A stretch of DNA of 64,000 nucleotides from Alphaproteobacteria bacterium (GCA_965221125.1 CBDCRW010000005.1:64001-128000); one strand, 5' to 3'. Counted from the stretch's first letter, positions 37,599-48,196 are shown. The notes: a model not told the origin generated them from the letters alone. Made by a program: numbers and translations.

Positions 37599-38483
37599 CT
37601 AAACGTCTTCGCGGTAGAGCGCCTGACACAGGCAATGGACGCCGCCGCCGCCGAGTGTGAACATCGACATGTCCGGATCGAAGACTTCGAAGCCCATGGC
37701 GCGCATGCGCGCGTTCAGGTCCGTCGCCCCGCTCATGGAAAGCACACGGTCGTTGCCGAGCGCCACGAGGTTCACGCCGAGGTTTCTGGCTTCCGCGTAA
37801 CCGACCTCGACGAACTCGAAGCCGCGCTCGCGGAGCAGAGCCACCAGCCAGTCCTCCATGGCATCGACACACGCCACGAGCAGCTTGGGCGCCAGCGGCA
37901 CCACCAAGCCGTCCATGTGCACGAACTCCCGCGAGATGGGTGCAACCACGGCTTCCCACCCCTGCTCCCGCACCCAAGCCGCGACCTGTTCGGAACCTTC
38001 GCGTTCGGAACGCTCGCCGCTAAAGCCGATCAGCACGAAGCCCGGCTCAACGATGTTGAAGTCGCCGCCCTCGAAGTGACCGGCGGTGGCGTAGCGCCAG
38101 ATCGGAATGTCGTTGCTCTGGTAGAAGCGGATGGCGGTCACATAGTCAGCGCGCCGGCTCTTGAGCTGCATATGGCAGATAAGCGCGCCCCAGGGAGTCA
38201 TTGCGCTCGAATCGCGGGCGAAGAAGTTGCGGTGCAGGACCTCGTCGGCATCCAGATAGTGGCAGGTCACACCATTGGCCTCGTAGATCGCTACCATCTC
38301 GGCGTGCTGCGACATGGCCCTCTGAAGGTTGAATTCGACTCCTGTGTGTATCTGGTTGTTGAGCGTCCGCATGGTGATCGGACCGGCGTCGATCCAGCGG
38401 TAGAATTCAGGGATACCCAGGAGAACGTCCTTGAGTGGACCGTAGTCGTTGTGAATGCCCCAGCGGCGCGGATTGGCAGTCAT
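37599..38483 (-). CDS. Amidinotransferase / dimethylarginine dimethylaminohydrolase (pentein) family protein
   Basis: FFARDS, HFEGGDF, FVHMDG, GGGVHCL (Asp-His-Cys catalytic set). Confidence 0.9.
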   Translation of the reverse strand: MTANPRRWGIHNDYGPLKDVLLGIPEFYRWIDAGPITMRTLNNQIHTGVEFNLQRAMSQHAEMVAIYEANGVTCHYLDADEVLHRNFFARDSSAMTPWGALICHMQLKSRRADYVTAIRFYQSNDIPIWRYATAGHFEGGDFNIVEPGFVLIGFSGERSEREGSEQVAAWVREQGWEAVVAPISREFVHMDGLVVPLAPKLLVACVDAMEDWLVALLRERGFEFVEVGYAEARNLGVNLVALGNDRVLSMSGATDLNARMRAMGFEVFDPDMSMFTLGGGGVHCLCQALYREDV

Positions 38484-38744
38484 GAGCCATTCTCTCCGAC
38501 TTGATTGACCGGCACGAGTACATCATGAATTGGGCAATGGAATCAAGCTGCAACCGCCGATGAGCTTGGATGCCGTCACGCCTATCAGGAACATGACGCC
38601 GTCTTGCGGTGCGTGGGTCCATATGTCGTTCCACCCGATTGAGCGTGGAAAATCCCGAGCGTGCCGCCAGTCAATTGACCGTCTGACTGCGGGCCGTCAC
38701 GGGGTCGCTGCGAGCGAGCAACAGCCTCGTTGCAGGCACACCGA

Positions 38745-39791
38745 ATGAGTGAACCGGTCATCAGGCTGCAGGGCGTGTGGAAGATCTTCGGCGCTCGGGT
38801 CGAAGACGCAATGCAGGCCATCACGCAGGAGGGCCTCAGCAAGACGCAGGCGCTCGAGCGGTTCGGGTGCGTCGTCGGAATCGCGAATTGCTCGTTCGAG
38901 GTTCCGCGCGGGGAGATTTTCTGCGTCATGGGACTGTCCGGCTCAGGAAAGTCGACCATGGTGCGTCATATCAATCGGCTGATCGAGCCGACTGCAGGCC
39001 GTATCGAGGTCTTGGGACGGGATGTGCTGGCGCTCGGCGAGGGAGAGTTGAGGAAGCTGCGCGCTGCCCAGATCGGCATGGTGTTCCAGCACATGGCGCT
39101 GTTCCCGCACCGCACGGTCCGGGACAACGTCGCGTTTCCGCTGCAGGTGCAGGGTCTGCCGAAGGCGAAACGCTGGGAGGTCTCCCAGCGTTGCCTCAGC
39201 CTCGTCAATCTCGACGGATACGAGGACCGCTTCCCGAGCGAGCTGTCGGGGGGCATGCAGCAGCGTGTCGGGCTCGCGCGGGCGCTCGCGTCGGACCCCG
39301 AGATCCTGCTGATGGACGAGCCGTTCTCCGCGCTGGACCCCCTGATCAGGCGTCGGCTTCAGGAGCAGTTCATGTCGTTGTCGGCCGAGTTGAACAAGAC
39401 CACGGTCTTCATCACGCACGATCTGGACGAAGCGATCCGCATCGGCAGCCGTATCGCCATCATGAACGACGGCCGAATCGTGCAGATCGGCACGCCGGAA
39501 GACATCGTCACCAACCCGATCGACGACTACGTGCGGGATTTCGTTGAAGGCATCTCCACGCTGAAGCTGGTGTTCGCCCATACCATCATGGTGCGAATCG
39601 CAGAGTACAGACCACGTCCCGGCGAAGACCTGGAGCGTGCGCCGAGGGCCGCCCACGACGTCGATTTGAGCGAACTCATCGACGCATCCATCGCAACGGA
39701 TCAGCCCATCGTGATCACGCACGATGGCATGGACGTAGGCGTCATCGACAAGACCACACTGCTTAACGGAATCAAGGGCGGAAACGACTGA
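38745..39791 (+). CDS. Quaternary-amine ABC transporter ATPase (ProV-like)
   Basis: MGLSGSGKST, LSGGMQQRVGLARAL, LLMDEPFSALDPLIR. Confidence 0.95.
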   Translation: MSEPVIRLQGVWKIFGARVEDAMQAITQEGLSKTQALERFGCVVGIANCSFEVPRGEIFCVMGLSGSGKSTMVRHINRLIEPTAGRIEVLGRDVLALGEGELRKLRAAQIGMVFQHMALFPHRTVRDNVAFPLQVQGLPKAKRWEVSQRCLSLVNLDGYEDRFPSELSGGMQQRVGLARALASDPEILLMDEPFSALDPLIRRRLQEQFMSLSAELNKTTVFITHDLDEAIRIGSRIAIMNDGRIVQIGTPEDIVTNPIDDYVRDFVEGISTLKLVFAHTIMVRIAEYRPRPGEDLERAPRAAHDVDLSELIDASIATDQPIVITHDGMDVGVIDKTTLLNGIKGGND

Positions 39792-41347
39792 TGCGAGAGA
39801 CCGAGTATTCCGAAGAGTCAGTCAAGCTTTCCGGCTCCATCGGCAGTTTCGTTCGTTCCCGGCAGGGATATTACGGCCGGGAGTTTGAGAAGATTCAGGT
39901 AGCGGAACAATTTCCGTGGTCGTGGAACACCATGGCCGCTCTCGCAGGTCCCTTGTGGGGTGCATCCCGCGGTCTGTGGGGGTACTTCTGGATGTTCCTG
40001 ATCCTCGAAGTACTCGCGCTTGTTCAGATCGGCAGGGGTTGGTGGGGCGACCTTGGAGCCGACAAGCTCGCCCGGCTGGAGAGACTCACCCGCAAGTCGG
40101 ACGAGTTCATGGCGAAGTACGATGCGGCCCTGCTCGCCGGTGATCCCGACGCGGAATCGTACCTCAATCGCGCGGAGAACCTCGATAAGATCGCGGTCCA
40201 GGTCGCAGAAGAAGCAGCGCTCGCGGCCGAGGGGGCCACGACGATTCTTCTCGTCGGCATCGCTCTGTTGATCGGCTTGCGCCTGATCCAGGGCTTCTAC
40301 GCCAACCTGCGCTACGAGAAACAGTATCTGAGCTGGAGAGCGAATCCCTCCAGGACAGCCGCCGGCGTGAGCTGGGTACGGGCCGGTCTCGGCAGCCTGC
40401 TGTGGCTGGCGATCGTGCCGCTCACCCTCTACCGCTTCACCGTCGGCAAGATCGACCCCGAGCTCGAACCCTACGTTGCCGGCGTTCCCATCGAGAAAGG
40501 GACCTATTACGCGCCCATGTCCGATTGGCTGGACGCAGGCTTCGACTGGCTGTCGGTCGAAGGGGCCGGCGTCTTCGACGGCGTCGTCGCGGCGATCAGC
40601 GCAGTCGTGGGCGCGCTGGAAACGGTGCTGGTCGACGCGCCGTGGCCGGTGGTCATGACGGTCATCGTCGTTGTCGCATGGCGGCTGGCCGGTCCTCGGG
40701 TCGCGGTGTTTACCGCCGCCGCGCTCGCCTACCTGGCGCTGTTCGGCCTGTGGGAGACGAGCATGGTGACAGTCGCCTTGCTCGGCGCCGCCGCATTCCT
40801 GTGCGTGCTGTTCGGGATACCGCTCGGGATCTGGTTCGGCAAGAACCAGAGGGCTTACAACGCAGCCCAGCCGGTGCTGGACTTCATGCAGACGATGCCG
40901 GCGTTCGTCTACCTGATCCCGATCATCGCCTTCTTCGGCACGGGCAAGCCGCCGGGGGTGCTGGCAACATTGGTGTTCGGGATGCCGCCCGTCATACGGC
41001 TGACGGCGCTTGGCATCCGCGGCGTACCGGAGAGCACCAAGGAGGCCGCTATCGCCTTCGGCTGCAATCGCTGGACGCTGCTGAAGGACGTGGAGATACC
41101 GCTCGCGCTGCCGTCCATCATGACCGGGATCAACCAGACCATCCTGATGTGTCTCTCGATGGTTGTGATCGCGTCGCTTATCGGTGCGAAGGGCCTGGGC
41201 CAGGACGTGCTTATCGCGCTCCAGTACGCGGCCAAGGGGCAGGGGATGCTCGCCGGTCTCGCGATCCTGTTCTGCGCGATGGTCATCGACCGCATCATCC
41301 AGGGGCACTACAAGCGCTCCGCCTCGCGCCAGGTGCCCCGGGGATAG
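39791..41347 (+). CDS. ProW-like ABC permease with N-terminal membrane extension
   Basis: PVLDFMQTMPAFVYLIP, EAAIAFG, GINQTILMCLSMVVIAS; N-terminal SWN..A..GPLW...RGLW. Confidence 0.92.
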   Translation: MRETEYSEESVKLSGSIGSFVRSRQGYYGREFEKIQVAEQFPWSWNTMAALAGPLWGASRGLWGYFWMFLILEVLALVQIGRGWWGDLGADKLARLERLTRKSDEFMAKYDAALLAGDPDAESYLNRAENLDKIAVQVAEEAALAAEGATTILLVGIALLIGLRLIQGFYANLRYEKQYLSWRANPSRTAAGVSWVRAGLGSLLWLAIVPLTLYRFTVGKIDPELEPYVAGVPIEKGTYYAPMSDWLDAGFDWLSVEGAGVFDGVVAAISAVVGALETVLVDAPWPVVMTVIVVVAWRLAGPRVAVFTAAALAYLALFGLWETSMVTVALLGAAAFLCVLFGIPLGIWFGKNQRAYNAAQPVLDFMQTMPAFVYLIPIIAFFGTGKPPGVLATLVFGMPPVIRLTALGIRGVPESTKEAAIAFGCNRWTLLKDVEIPLALPSIMTGINQTILMCLSMVVIASLIGAKGLGQDVLIALQYAAKGQGMLAGLAILFCAMVIDRIIQGHYKRSASRQVPRG

Positions 41348-41530
41348 TGCGCCCCGTGCCTCCCGCAAACGCCGTCCCGGATGCGACGGGGGACCGAATA
41401 CGGGATTGTCAATTGGTGAGCACATCGCGAGGGTTCGGATGATCCACGGCAAGAGGCACGTGAGGTCGCCGGCGAACACATCTCCGCTTCGGCGCGGGAA
41501 CGGAACGAACGGGAACAGGAGCGTATCGCG

Positions 41531-43297
41531 ATGAATATGACGACTGAAGAAGCTTTCGTGAAGGTGCTGCAGCGGCACGGGATCGAGCACGTGTTCGGGA
41601 TCATCGGCTCGGCCTTCATGCCGATCTCCGACCTCTTCCCCAAGGCCGGGATCACCTTCTGGGACGTGGCCCACGAGAGCAACGCGGGCTTCATGTGCGA
41701 CGGCTACACGCGGGCCACCGGCAAGATCGCCATGTGCATCGGCCAGAACGGCCCCGGCATCACCAATCTCGTGACCCCGGTGAAGACCGCGTACTGGAAC
41801 CACACCCCGCTGCTGCTGGTGACGCCGCAGGCGGCCAACAAGACCATCGGCCAGGGCGGCTTTCAGGAAGTGCCGCAGATGGCGCTGTTCGAGGAGATGG
41901 TCTGCTACCAGGAGGAGGTGCGCGACGCGTCACGCATGGCCGAGGTGCTGAACCGGGTGATCGAGAACGCGATCCGCCAGTCGGCGCCGGCGCAGATCAA
42001 CGTGCCGCGCGATCTGTGGACTCAGGAGGTTGATATCGAGCTGCCGCCGGTGGTGCACCTGGAGCGCGCGGCGGGCGGCGAGGCTTCGGTGGCGGAAGCC
42101 GCGCGGCTGCTGTCCGAGGCGCGCTTCCCGGTGATCCTCTCCGGCGGCGGCGTGGTGATCGGGGATGCGATCGGCGAGTGCCGGGCGCTGGCCGAGCGGC
42201 TCGACGCGCCGGTCTGCTCCGGCTACCAGCACAACGACAGCTTCCCCGGCTCGCACCCGCTTGCCGTGGGCCCGCTCGGCTACAACGGCTCCAAGGCCGC
42301 GATGGAGCTGATCGCGCAGGCCGACGTGGTGCTGGCATTGGGCACCCGCCTCAACCCGTTCTCGACGCTCCCCGGCTACGGCATCGACTACTGGCCGAAG
42401 GACGCGGCGATCATCCAGGTGGAGCTGAACCCGGACCGCATCGGGCTCACCAAGAAGGTCACGGTCGGCATCTGCGGCGATGCGAAGAAGGTGGCGCGGC
42501 AGCTCCGCGAGCAGCTCTCGGCCACGGCCGGCAACGCGGGCCGCGAGGAGCGCCGGGCGGCGATCCACCAGACCCGCTCGGCGTGGCTGCAGACCCTCGC
42601 CAGCATGGACCACGAGGACGACGACCCCGGCACCACGTGGAACGTGGACGCGCGCACGCGCGAGCCGGAGCGCATGTCGGCGCGGATGGCGTGGCGCGCG
42701 ATCCAGGACGGACTGCCGCCGGACGCCATCATCTCGTCCGACATCGGCAACAACTGCGCCATCGGCAACGCCTATCCCACCTTCGAGGAGGGCCGGAAGT
42801 ATCTCGCGCCCGGCCTGTTCGGCCCGTGCGGCTACGGCTTCCCCGCCATCCTCGGGGCCAAGATCGGGTGTGCGGACGTGCCTGTCGTCGGCTTCGCGGG
42901 CGACGGCGCCTTCGGCATCTCGATGAACGAGATGGTCTCGGTCGGGCGCGAGGGCTGGCCCGCGATCACCATGGTCGTCTTCCGCAACTACCAGTGGGGC
43001 GCAGAGAAGCGCAACTCGATCCTCTGGTACGACAACAACTTCGTCGGCACCGAACTCAATCCCGACCTGAGCTACGCGAAGGTGGCGGATGCCTGCGGGC
43101 TGAAGGGCGTCGCGGTGAGCACCATGGAGGAGCTGACGGCAGCACTCCGTGAGTCCTGCGAAGCGCAAGCCGACGGCGTCACCACTTTCATCGAGGTGAT
43201 CCTGAACCAGGAGCTGGGCGAGCCCTTCCGCCGCGACGCGATGAAGAAGCCCAACGTCGTCGCCGGCATCGACGGCGCCGACATGCGCCCGCAATAG
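41531..43297 (+). CDS. xsc: Sulfoacetaldehyde acetyltransferase (ThDP-dependent)
   Basis: MTTEEAFVKVLQ.HGIEH.FGIIGSA.MP, HNDSFPGSHPL, GDGAFGISMNE, RNYQWGAEKRN, NQELGEPFRRDAMKKP. Confidence 0.95.
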   Translation: MNMTTEEAFVKVLQRHGIEHVFGIIGSAFMPISDLFPKAGITFWDVAHESNAGFMCDGYTRATGKIAMCIGQNGPGITNLVTPVKTAYWNHTPLLLVTPQAANKTIGQGGFQEVPQMALFEEMVCYQEEVRDASRMAEVLNRVIENAIRQSAPAQINVPRDLWTQEVDIELPPVVHLERAAGGEASVAEAARLLSEARFPVILSGGGVVIGDAIGECRALAERLDAPVCSGYQHNDSFPGSHPLAVGPLGYNGSKAAMELIAQADVVLALGTRLNPFSTLPGYGIDYWPKDAAIIQVELNPDRIGLTKKVTVGICGDAKKVARQLREQLSATAGNAGREERRAAIHQTRSAWLQTLASMDHEDDDPGTTWNVDARTREPERMSARMAWRAIQDGLPPDAIISSDIGNNCAIGNAYPTFEEGRKYLAPGLFGPCGYGFPAILGAKIGCADVPVVGFAGDGAFGISMNEMVSVGREGWPAITMVVFRNYQWGAEKRNSILWYDNNFVGTELNPDLSYAKVADACGLKGVAVSTMEELTAALRESCEAQADGVTTFIEVILNQELGEPFRRDAMKKPNVVAGIDGADMRPQ

Positions 43298-43380
43298 TGG
43301 ACATCGCGGACCGCCTCATCGCGCAAGCGAAGGAGCGTCGGCGCAGCGTCACCCTGCCGGAGTGCGATGAACCTAAATCC
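43297..43380 (+). pseudogene. pta: 5' stub of phosphate acetyltransferase
   Basis: MDIADRLIAQAKERRRSVTLPECDEP directly after xsc (xsc-pta is the usual order), then similarity is lost. Confidence 0.6.
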
Positions 43381-43813
43381 CATAGACGACTGACGGTGAC
43401 GTCGAGCCACGGGCGGCGCGATTGCGTCCCGGGTCGTGGCGCAAGAGGCTCGCGCCTTACGCGCGGCAATCAGCGGTGGAGCCCGGCCAATCCGGGATGC
43501 CCGTTGTTCGTGCCGAGGGGACGGCAGCGCGCTTTTTCACACTGTCCCGCCGGGCTACCCTGACGTCAGGCTGAAAGCATGCTTCGCCATGGCGACGGTG
43601 AAGCGAGCCGAAACTTGGGATGTCGTGCGCGCAGAGGTCGGACTGCGATTCCGCTACACGACCCAATCGGTGAACGCGATCATCTAGGCGACCTGAGACC
43701 GGCCGCGGCCCGAAGACAGGCGATGTCCCTGGAGGTGATTGACGAAGCCGCTTCCGCAATGCCGGGATCAGCGATTGTAGTATCCATCGACGTGGCACCG
43801 ACCGGACCGCATC

Positions 43814-44989
43814 ATGCTGACCTTCACCGAAGAGCTCGTCCTGCTGCTGAACGACGAGGACGGTGCGCCGCTGCCGATCCGGCAGGATATCGTGGCGTGT
43901 GCGCTCGCCGGCGCGGTGCTGATGGACCTGGCGTTCGCTTATCGGATCGATACCGACCTCAAGGCGCTCTTCGTCAACGACCGGACGGCGACCGGCAAGC
44001 CCACGCTCGACCGCATATTGGAGAGGATCGCGGCCCGTACCGAGGTCTGCGATACCAAGATGTGGATCGGCACGCTATCCGTCGAGGAGGCGCCCTCCAT
44101 TCACGAGCAGACCTTGGCGGGCCTCGTCGAGAGCGGAATCCTGACGCTGCGGGAGAGCAGGCTTCCGTGGATAAGGGCCCGGCGCTATCCGAGCAGCGAC
44201 GGCAAGACGGCGAAAGAGCTCCGCCAGCATGTCGCCAACGTGTTGACCTCCGACGAGATTCCCGACCCTCGCGATGTCGCCCTGATCTCCCTGTTGGACG
44301 CCTGCGAAATCCTCCCCGACATCTTCCCGAGACAGGAGATAGAGGATTTTCGTCCCCGGATCGCTCTCTTGCGCAAGATGGACCTGATCGGCCGTGAGGT
44401 CGCAGGCGCCATCGCCGAGATCGAGCGCTCGATCATTCAAGCGGTGCGCGTCCGAGCCGCGCAGTTCAAGAAGCTGCTGCTGATCCTCTCAATCGCCGCA
44501 GGTGTGGCCGCGTTCGCGACGCTTGTGGCCCCGAGGTTCCCGGTGGCGGATCGGTTCAGTGCCCTGTATTTCGAGCGCCTCTGGTTCGACGGCGGCTGGC
44601 AACTGTGGAGCGGCTTCGCGCTTCTCGGATTGAGCGGCGCCGGCGTCCTCGCGGTCCTGCTCCTGAAGCTGCGAGCGATTGCCCGCCTGGGCGGCTTCAA
44701 CTGGTGGCGGCTTGCTCATGTCGGGTTCGGCATCGCCTGCGTGCTCGCGCTCTTCGCGCATACCGGCTTTCGCTTCGGGACCAGTCTCAACGCGGCGCTG
44801 ATGGGCTGCTTCCTGGCCGTGCTGGTCCTCGGCGGCCTGGCCGGGGTCTGCACGAACGCAGCGGGTCAACTCAGAAAATGGGGGATCAAGCCCAAGCAGC
44901 GCATCATTCCGATGCGGGTGCATATCGTGGCCCTCGTTCCCCTGCCCGCTCTCCTGATCATCCACATCATCGCCGTCTACCTTTACTGA
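43814..44989 (+). CDS. GPP34/GOLPH3-family domain fused to a His-containing membrane (cytochrome b-like) domain
   Basis: MLTFTEELVLLL...LAGAVLMDLA...RID..., L..L...GIL, RDVALISLLDAC; C-terminal TM helices with WRLAHV, FAHTGF, RVHI, IHII. Confidence 0.75.
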   Translation: MLTFTEELVLLLNDEDGAPLPIRQDIVACALAGAVLMDLAFAYRIDTDLKALFVNDRTATGKPTLDRILERIAARTEVCDTKMWIGTLSVEEAPSIHEQTLAGLVESGILTLRESRLPWIRARRYPSSDGKTAKELRQHVANVLTSDEIPDPRDVALISLLDACEILPDIFPRQEIEDFRPRIALLRKMDLIGREVAGAIAEIERSIIQAVRVRAAQFKKLLLILSIAAGVAAFATLVAPRFPVADRFSALYFERLWFDGGWQLWSGFALLGLSGAGVLAVLLLKLRAIARLGGFNWWRLAHVGFGIACVLALFAHTGFRFGTSLNAALMGCFLAVLVLGGLAGVCTNAAGQLRKWGIKPKQRIIPMRVHIVALVPLPALLIIHIIAVYLY

Positions 44990-45001
44990 TGAGGCCGACA
45001 C

Positions 45002-46480
45002 GTGTCGCGCAAGTCGATCCTTCACGTCTGCTGGGTGCTGGCGACCCTGGCGGCGATCGGCGCGGTCACGGTGTGGATGACGGTGGGCGGCGATCGCGAA
45101 GTCTTGTTGATCGGCGCAACCACCGATGCCCATCACCAGTTCGAACTGGCGTGCGAGAGCTGCCACACCGCAGCGGTCTTCGCCAGCAGGAAGGCAGCGT
45201 TGAAGGGTCTGAACAAGGCCTGCCGGAACTGTCACGAGGACGATCTGAAGGACGCCGAGGACAGTCACCCGCGCAAGAAATTCCGCAATCCGAGGATGTC
45301 CGTCTACTGGGAGCCGCTCGATGGCCGGTCTTGCACGACCTGCCATGTCGAGCATCGCCCCGAGATCACCCGGAAGGGGGCGGTTACTGTCGCGATGGAT
45401 TTTTGCGAGGCGTGCCACGGCGAGGGCGATCAGGACGTGCGAATGGACCGCCCGACCCATGCGGGCTTGACCTTCAACACCTGTGCCTCGTCGGGTTGCC
45501 ACAACTATCACGACAACCGCGCGCTCTATGCGGACTTCCTGGTGAAGCACGCGGACCAGCCCTGGCTGGCTGCGGCACCTGTGCACGCGCTTGCGGCCCT
45601 GCACCGTTCGCAGAAACCGCTGGAAGAGACGGCGCTCGGGCGGGAAGACGCTCTCGCGCCGGCAGCGGCGCTCGCGGACGAAACGGCCCTCGATCACTGG
45701 GCTGGCTCGGGTCATGCGGCAGCGGGCGTGAACTGCGCGGGCTGCCACGCGCCGGAGGTGGCGTCAGGCGCGCCGCTCGCCGAGATCGAAGCCGGTTGGA
45801 CCGACGCGGCGCCGCTCACGGCCTGCAGGGACTGCCACAAGCAGGAAGCGAAGACCTTCGCGCTCGGTCGGCACGGCATGCGCCAGCACCCTGAGATCGC
45901 GCGGCCGCGGGATGCGTCGGCCACCGTCCTTGACGCCGTGCTGCCCGAGGGTGTCACGGAGTGGCTTTCCGACGCGCCTTATCCCGTGCTCATGACCGTG
46001 AAGGAGGCACGCATTCCGATGCGCGCCGATGCCGCCCACGAGTCCCTCGATTGCGGGACCTGCCACCAACCCCATGCGGTCGACGTCGAGCACGCCGCGG
46101 TGGAGGCCTGCATGTCCTGCCACGCCGACCTCCATACTCAGGCCTATGTCGGCAGCCCTCATCATGCGCTTTGGCAGGCGGAGCTGGCCGGCGACGCAGA
46201 GCCCGGCTCAGGGGTGAGCTGCGCAACCTGCCACATGTTCAAGGTGGAACGCCGGGGAACGATCTTCACCAGCCATCATCAGAACGACGGCCTGCGGCCG
46301 AGCGAGAAGATGATCCGGCCCGTCTGCCTCGATTGCCACGGTCTCGGCTTCGACATCGACGCGCTCGCGGACGAGGACCTGGTGGCCGGAAACTTCAGGG
46401 GACAGCCTGCGGTCCATGTCGAGAGTATCGACTGGGCGGTGCAGCATGCGACATCGGGCGTTCCGAACGATGAGCGTTGA
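45002..46480 (+). CDS. Multiheme cytochrome c
   Basis: Ten CxxCH motifs plus CASSGCH; N-terminal membrane anchor. Confidence 0.93.
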   Translation: MSRKSILHVCWVLATLAAIGAVTVWMTVGGDREVLLIGATTDAHHQFELACESCHTAAVFASRKAALKGLNKACRNCHEDDLKDAEDSHPRKKFRNPRMSVYWEPLDGRSCTTCHVEHRPEITRKGAVTVAMDFCEACHGEGDQDVRMDRPTHAGLTFNTCASSGCHNYHDNRALYADFLVKHADQPWLAAAPVHALAALHRSQKPLEETALGREDALAPAAALADETALDHWAGSGHAAAGVNCAGCHAPEVASGAPLAEIEAGWTDAAPLTACRDCHKQEAKTFALGRHGMRQHPEIARPRDASATVLDAVLPEGVTEWLSDAPYPVLMTVKEARIPMRADAAHESLDCGTCHQPHAVDVEHAAVEACMSCHADLHTQAYVGSPHHALWQAELAGDAEPGSGVSCATCHMFKVERRGTIFTSHHQNDGLRPSEKMIRPVCLDCHGLGFDIDALADEDLVAGNFRGQPAVHVESIDWAVQHATSGVPNDER

Positions 46481-46523
46481 GCGCTCGGCCGTGTGCCGAT
46501 TGAAACCTGGGAGGACAGGAGCC

Positions 46524-47093
46524 ATGCAACGAACATCGAGCCTGATTGCCGCGTTGGCGTTCGGCACGGCCACGACGCTGGCGGCGGCAACCGCAGCGGC
46601 GGACGATGTTTCTTACGAGCGGGTCGCCGACATGCTGTACACGGTGATGTCCGCGGACCGCGAGGTCTACACGAAGATGGTGATCCAGCGCCTCACCGTG
46701 GACGACAAGGTCATCACCGCGTCCGAGCACTTTCGGGATGATCTGGCCTTGCCGCTGCCGGCGCAGATGTTCCGCTTCGGCTCCGAGGCGGCGATGGATG
46801 CGACCGAGGACTTCTCCTATGCGCTGCTCTCGCTCCATCCCATCAATAGGAAGAACGGTCCTGGGACGGATCTGGAGAGGGAGGGCCTCGAATTCGTCGT
46901 CGACAATCCGGGCGAGAACTTCTACGGCGAAGAGGAGCTGGGCGGAGAGGAGTACTTCACCGCCATCTATCCCGACTACGCCGTCGCCGAGGCCTGCGCG
47001 CTCTGCCACAACGACCACAAGGATTCCCCTCGTCGAGACATCGAGGTCGGCGACGTTATGGGCGGCGTCGTCATCCGTATTCTGATGGATTGA
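46524..47093 (+). CDS. DUF3365 (Tll0287-like) monoheme periplasmic protein
   Basis: Signal peptide; ADREVYT, LPLPAQMFR, PINRKNGP, CALCH, GDVMGGVVIRI. Confidence 0.85.
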   Translation: MQRTSSLIAALAFGTATTLAAATAAADDVSYERVADMLYTVMSADREVYTKMVIQRLTVDDKVITASEHFRDDLALPLPAQMFRFGSEAAMDATEDFSYALLSLHPINRKNGPGTDLEREGLEFVVDNPGENFYGEEELGGEEYFTAIYPDYAVAEACALCHNDHKDSPRRDIEVGDVMGGVVIRILMD

Positions 47094-47407
47094 GGGGTTC
47101 CTGCTGACAGCCTCTCGGTGCCAGCACCATGCCACGCAGTGTTGCGGGGTGACTCGTCCCTCGCCCGAATCTCTCGCTGATCGGGATGGTCTCCAGCGGT
47201 ATCCCGCGGCGCGCACTTCTTGTGCCGTCCTGGGTGGGGTTCCGACCCATCCAAACGGTCATGGTCGCCGCAGTGTTGAGCCACCGGGTGGGATCTGCTT
47301 CACGGCAGACAATGGACGCCGTGCGCGCCGGAGGCGTCCTCATCGACGCGCTTCGCGCGGCGGTCCCGCCGGGCCAATTTGTCGCGAGGGAGGAAGAAAG
47401 TTTCATT

Positions 47408-47759
47408 ATGGCGAGGGTGACTCGGGCCGGTCTGACAAACGCTGTGCTTGACGAGGCCGAACTGCCGGATCGCGATGCGAGGTCTCTCGTGGATACCGTG
47501 ATCGATATGGTGGCAGAGCGGCTGACAGCGGGGGAGACGGTGATGATCTCCGGCTTCCGGCACCTTCATCGCGCGCGACAAGGCCGCGAGGATGGGTCGT
47601 AACCCGAAGACCGGCGAGGCGGCGGCGATCTCGGTGCATCGGGTGGTGGTGTTTCGCGCCTCGCAGATTCTGAAACAGCGGGTCGCCTCGGCCATGCGGG
47701 ACGCGGCCGGCAGCGGCCCGAACACTCGGGACAGACCGGGCGTCGGGCAAGGCGGGTGA
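47408..47759 (+). pseudogene. IHF-alpha/HU-like protein, single frameshift
   Basis: VTRAGL...[10 protein letters not shown], extra C near 47557, then [20 protein letters not shown]...I...[12 protein letters not shown]. Confidence 0.85.
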
Positions 47760-47947
47760 CCGCGGGGATCCATGATCCGATGGGGCAACGCCGAAGGCGC
47801 GGGCTCGGGCGGCGCGGCCAAGCGCCTCGCATCCATAAAGGGTGCCGAGGCCGACCGGCGGATGCGCCTATCGTATAGAGGCGCCGCGCCGGCCGCAGCG
47901 GCCGCCGCGACGGTCGCAGCCACTTGAGTGTTCGCAGAGACTCAGCC

Positions 47948-48196
47948 TCAGTGCGGGCCGGTGGCTTTCCGGACCCGCGCGGCGAAGGCGATCCAGGAGT
48001 CCCGGTCGTGCCCGAGACGCCGGTTCATGCCGTCGCACAGATTGAGGGCGTTATCCAGCGTCAACGCGATCAACGTGGTGGGAATGACCTTGTCAAGACT
48101 GTCGACCGCGATGACGATGCGGTACATGCCGTCCCCGGGCAGCTCCTCGGGGCAGAACACGTAGTCCGGATTGTCCGGCAGCGCTTGAACGGTCAT
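47948..48196 (-). CDS. Small hypothetical protein (82 aa)
   Basis: GGAG RBS, protein-like sequence MTVQALPDNPDYVFCPEE... Confidence 0.55.
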   Translation of the reverse strand: MTVQALPDNPDYVFCPEELPGDGMYRIVIAVDSLDKVIPTTLIALTLDNALNLCDGMNRRLGHDRDSWIAFAARVRKATGPH

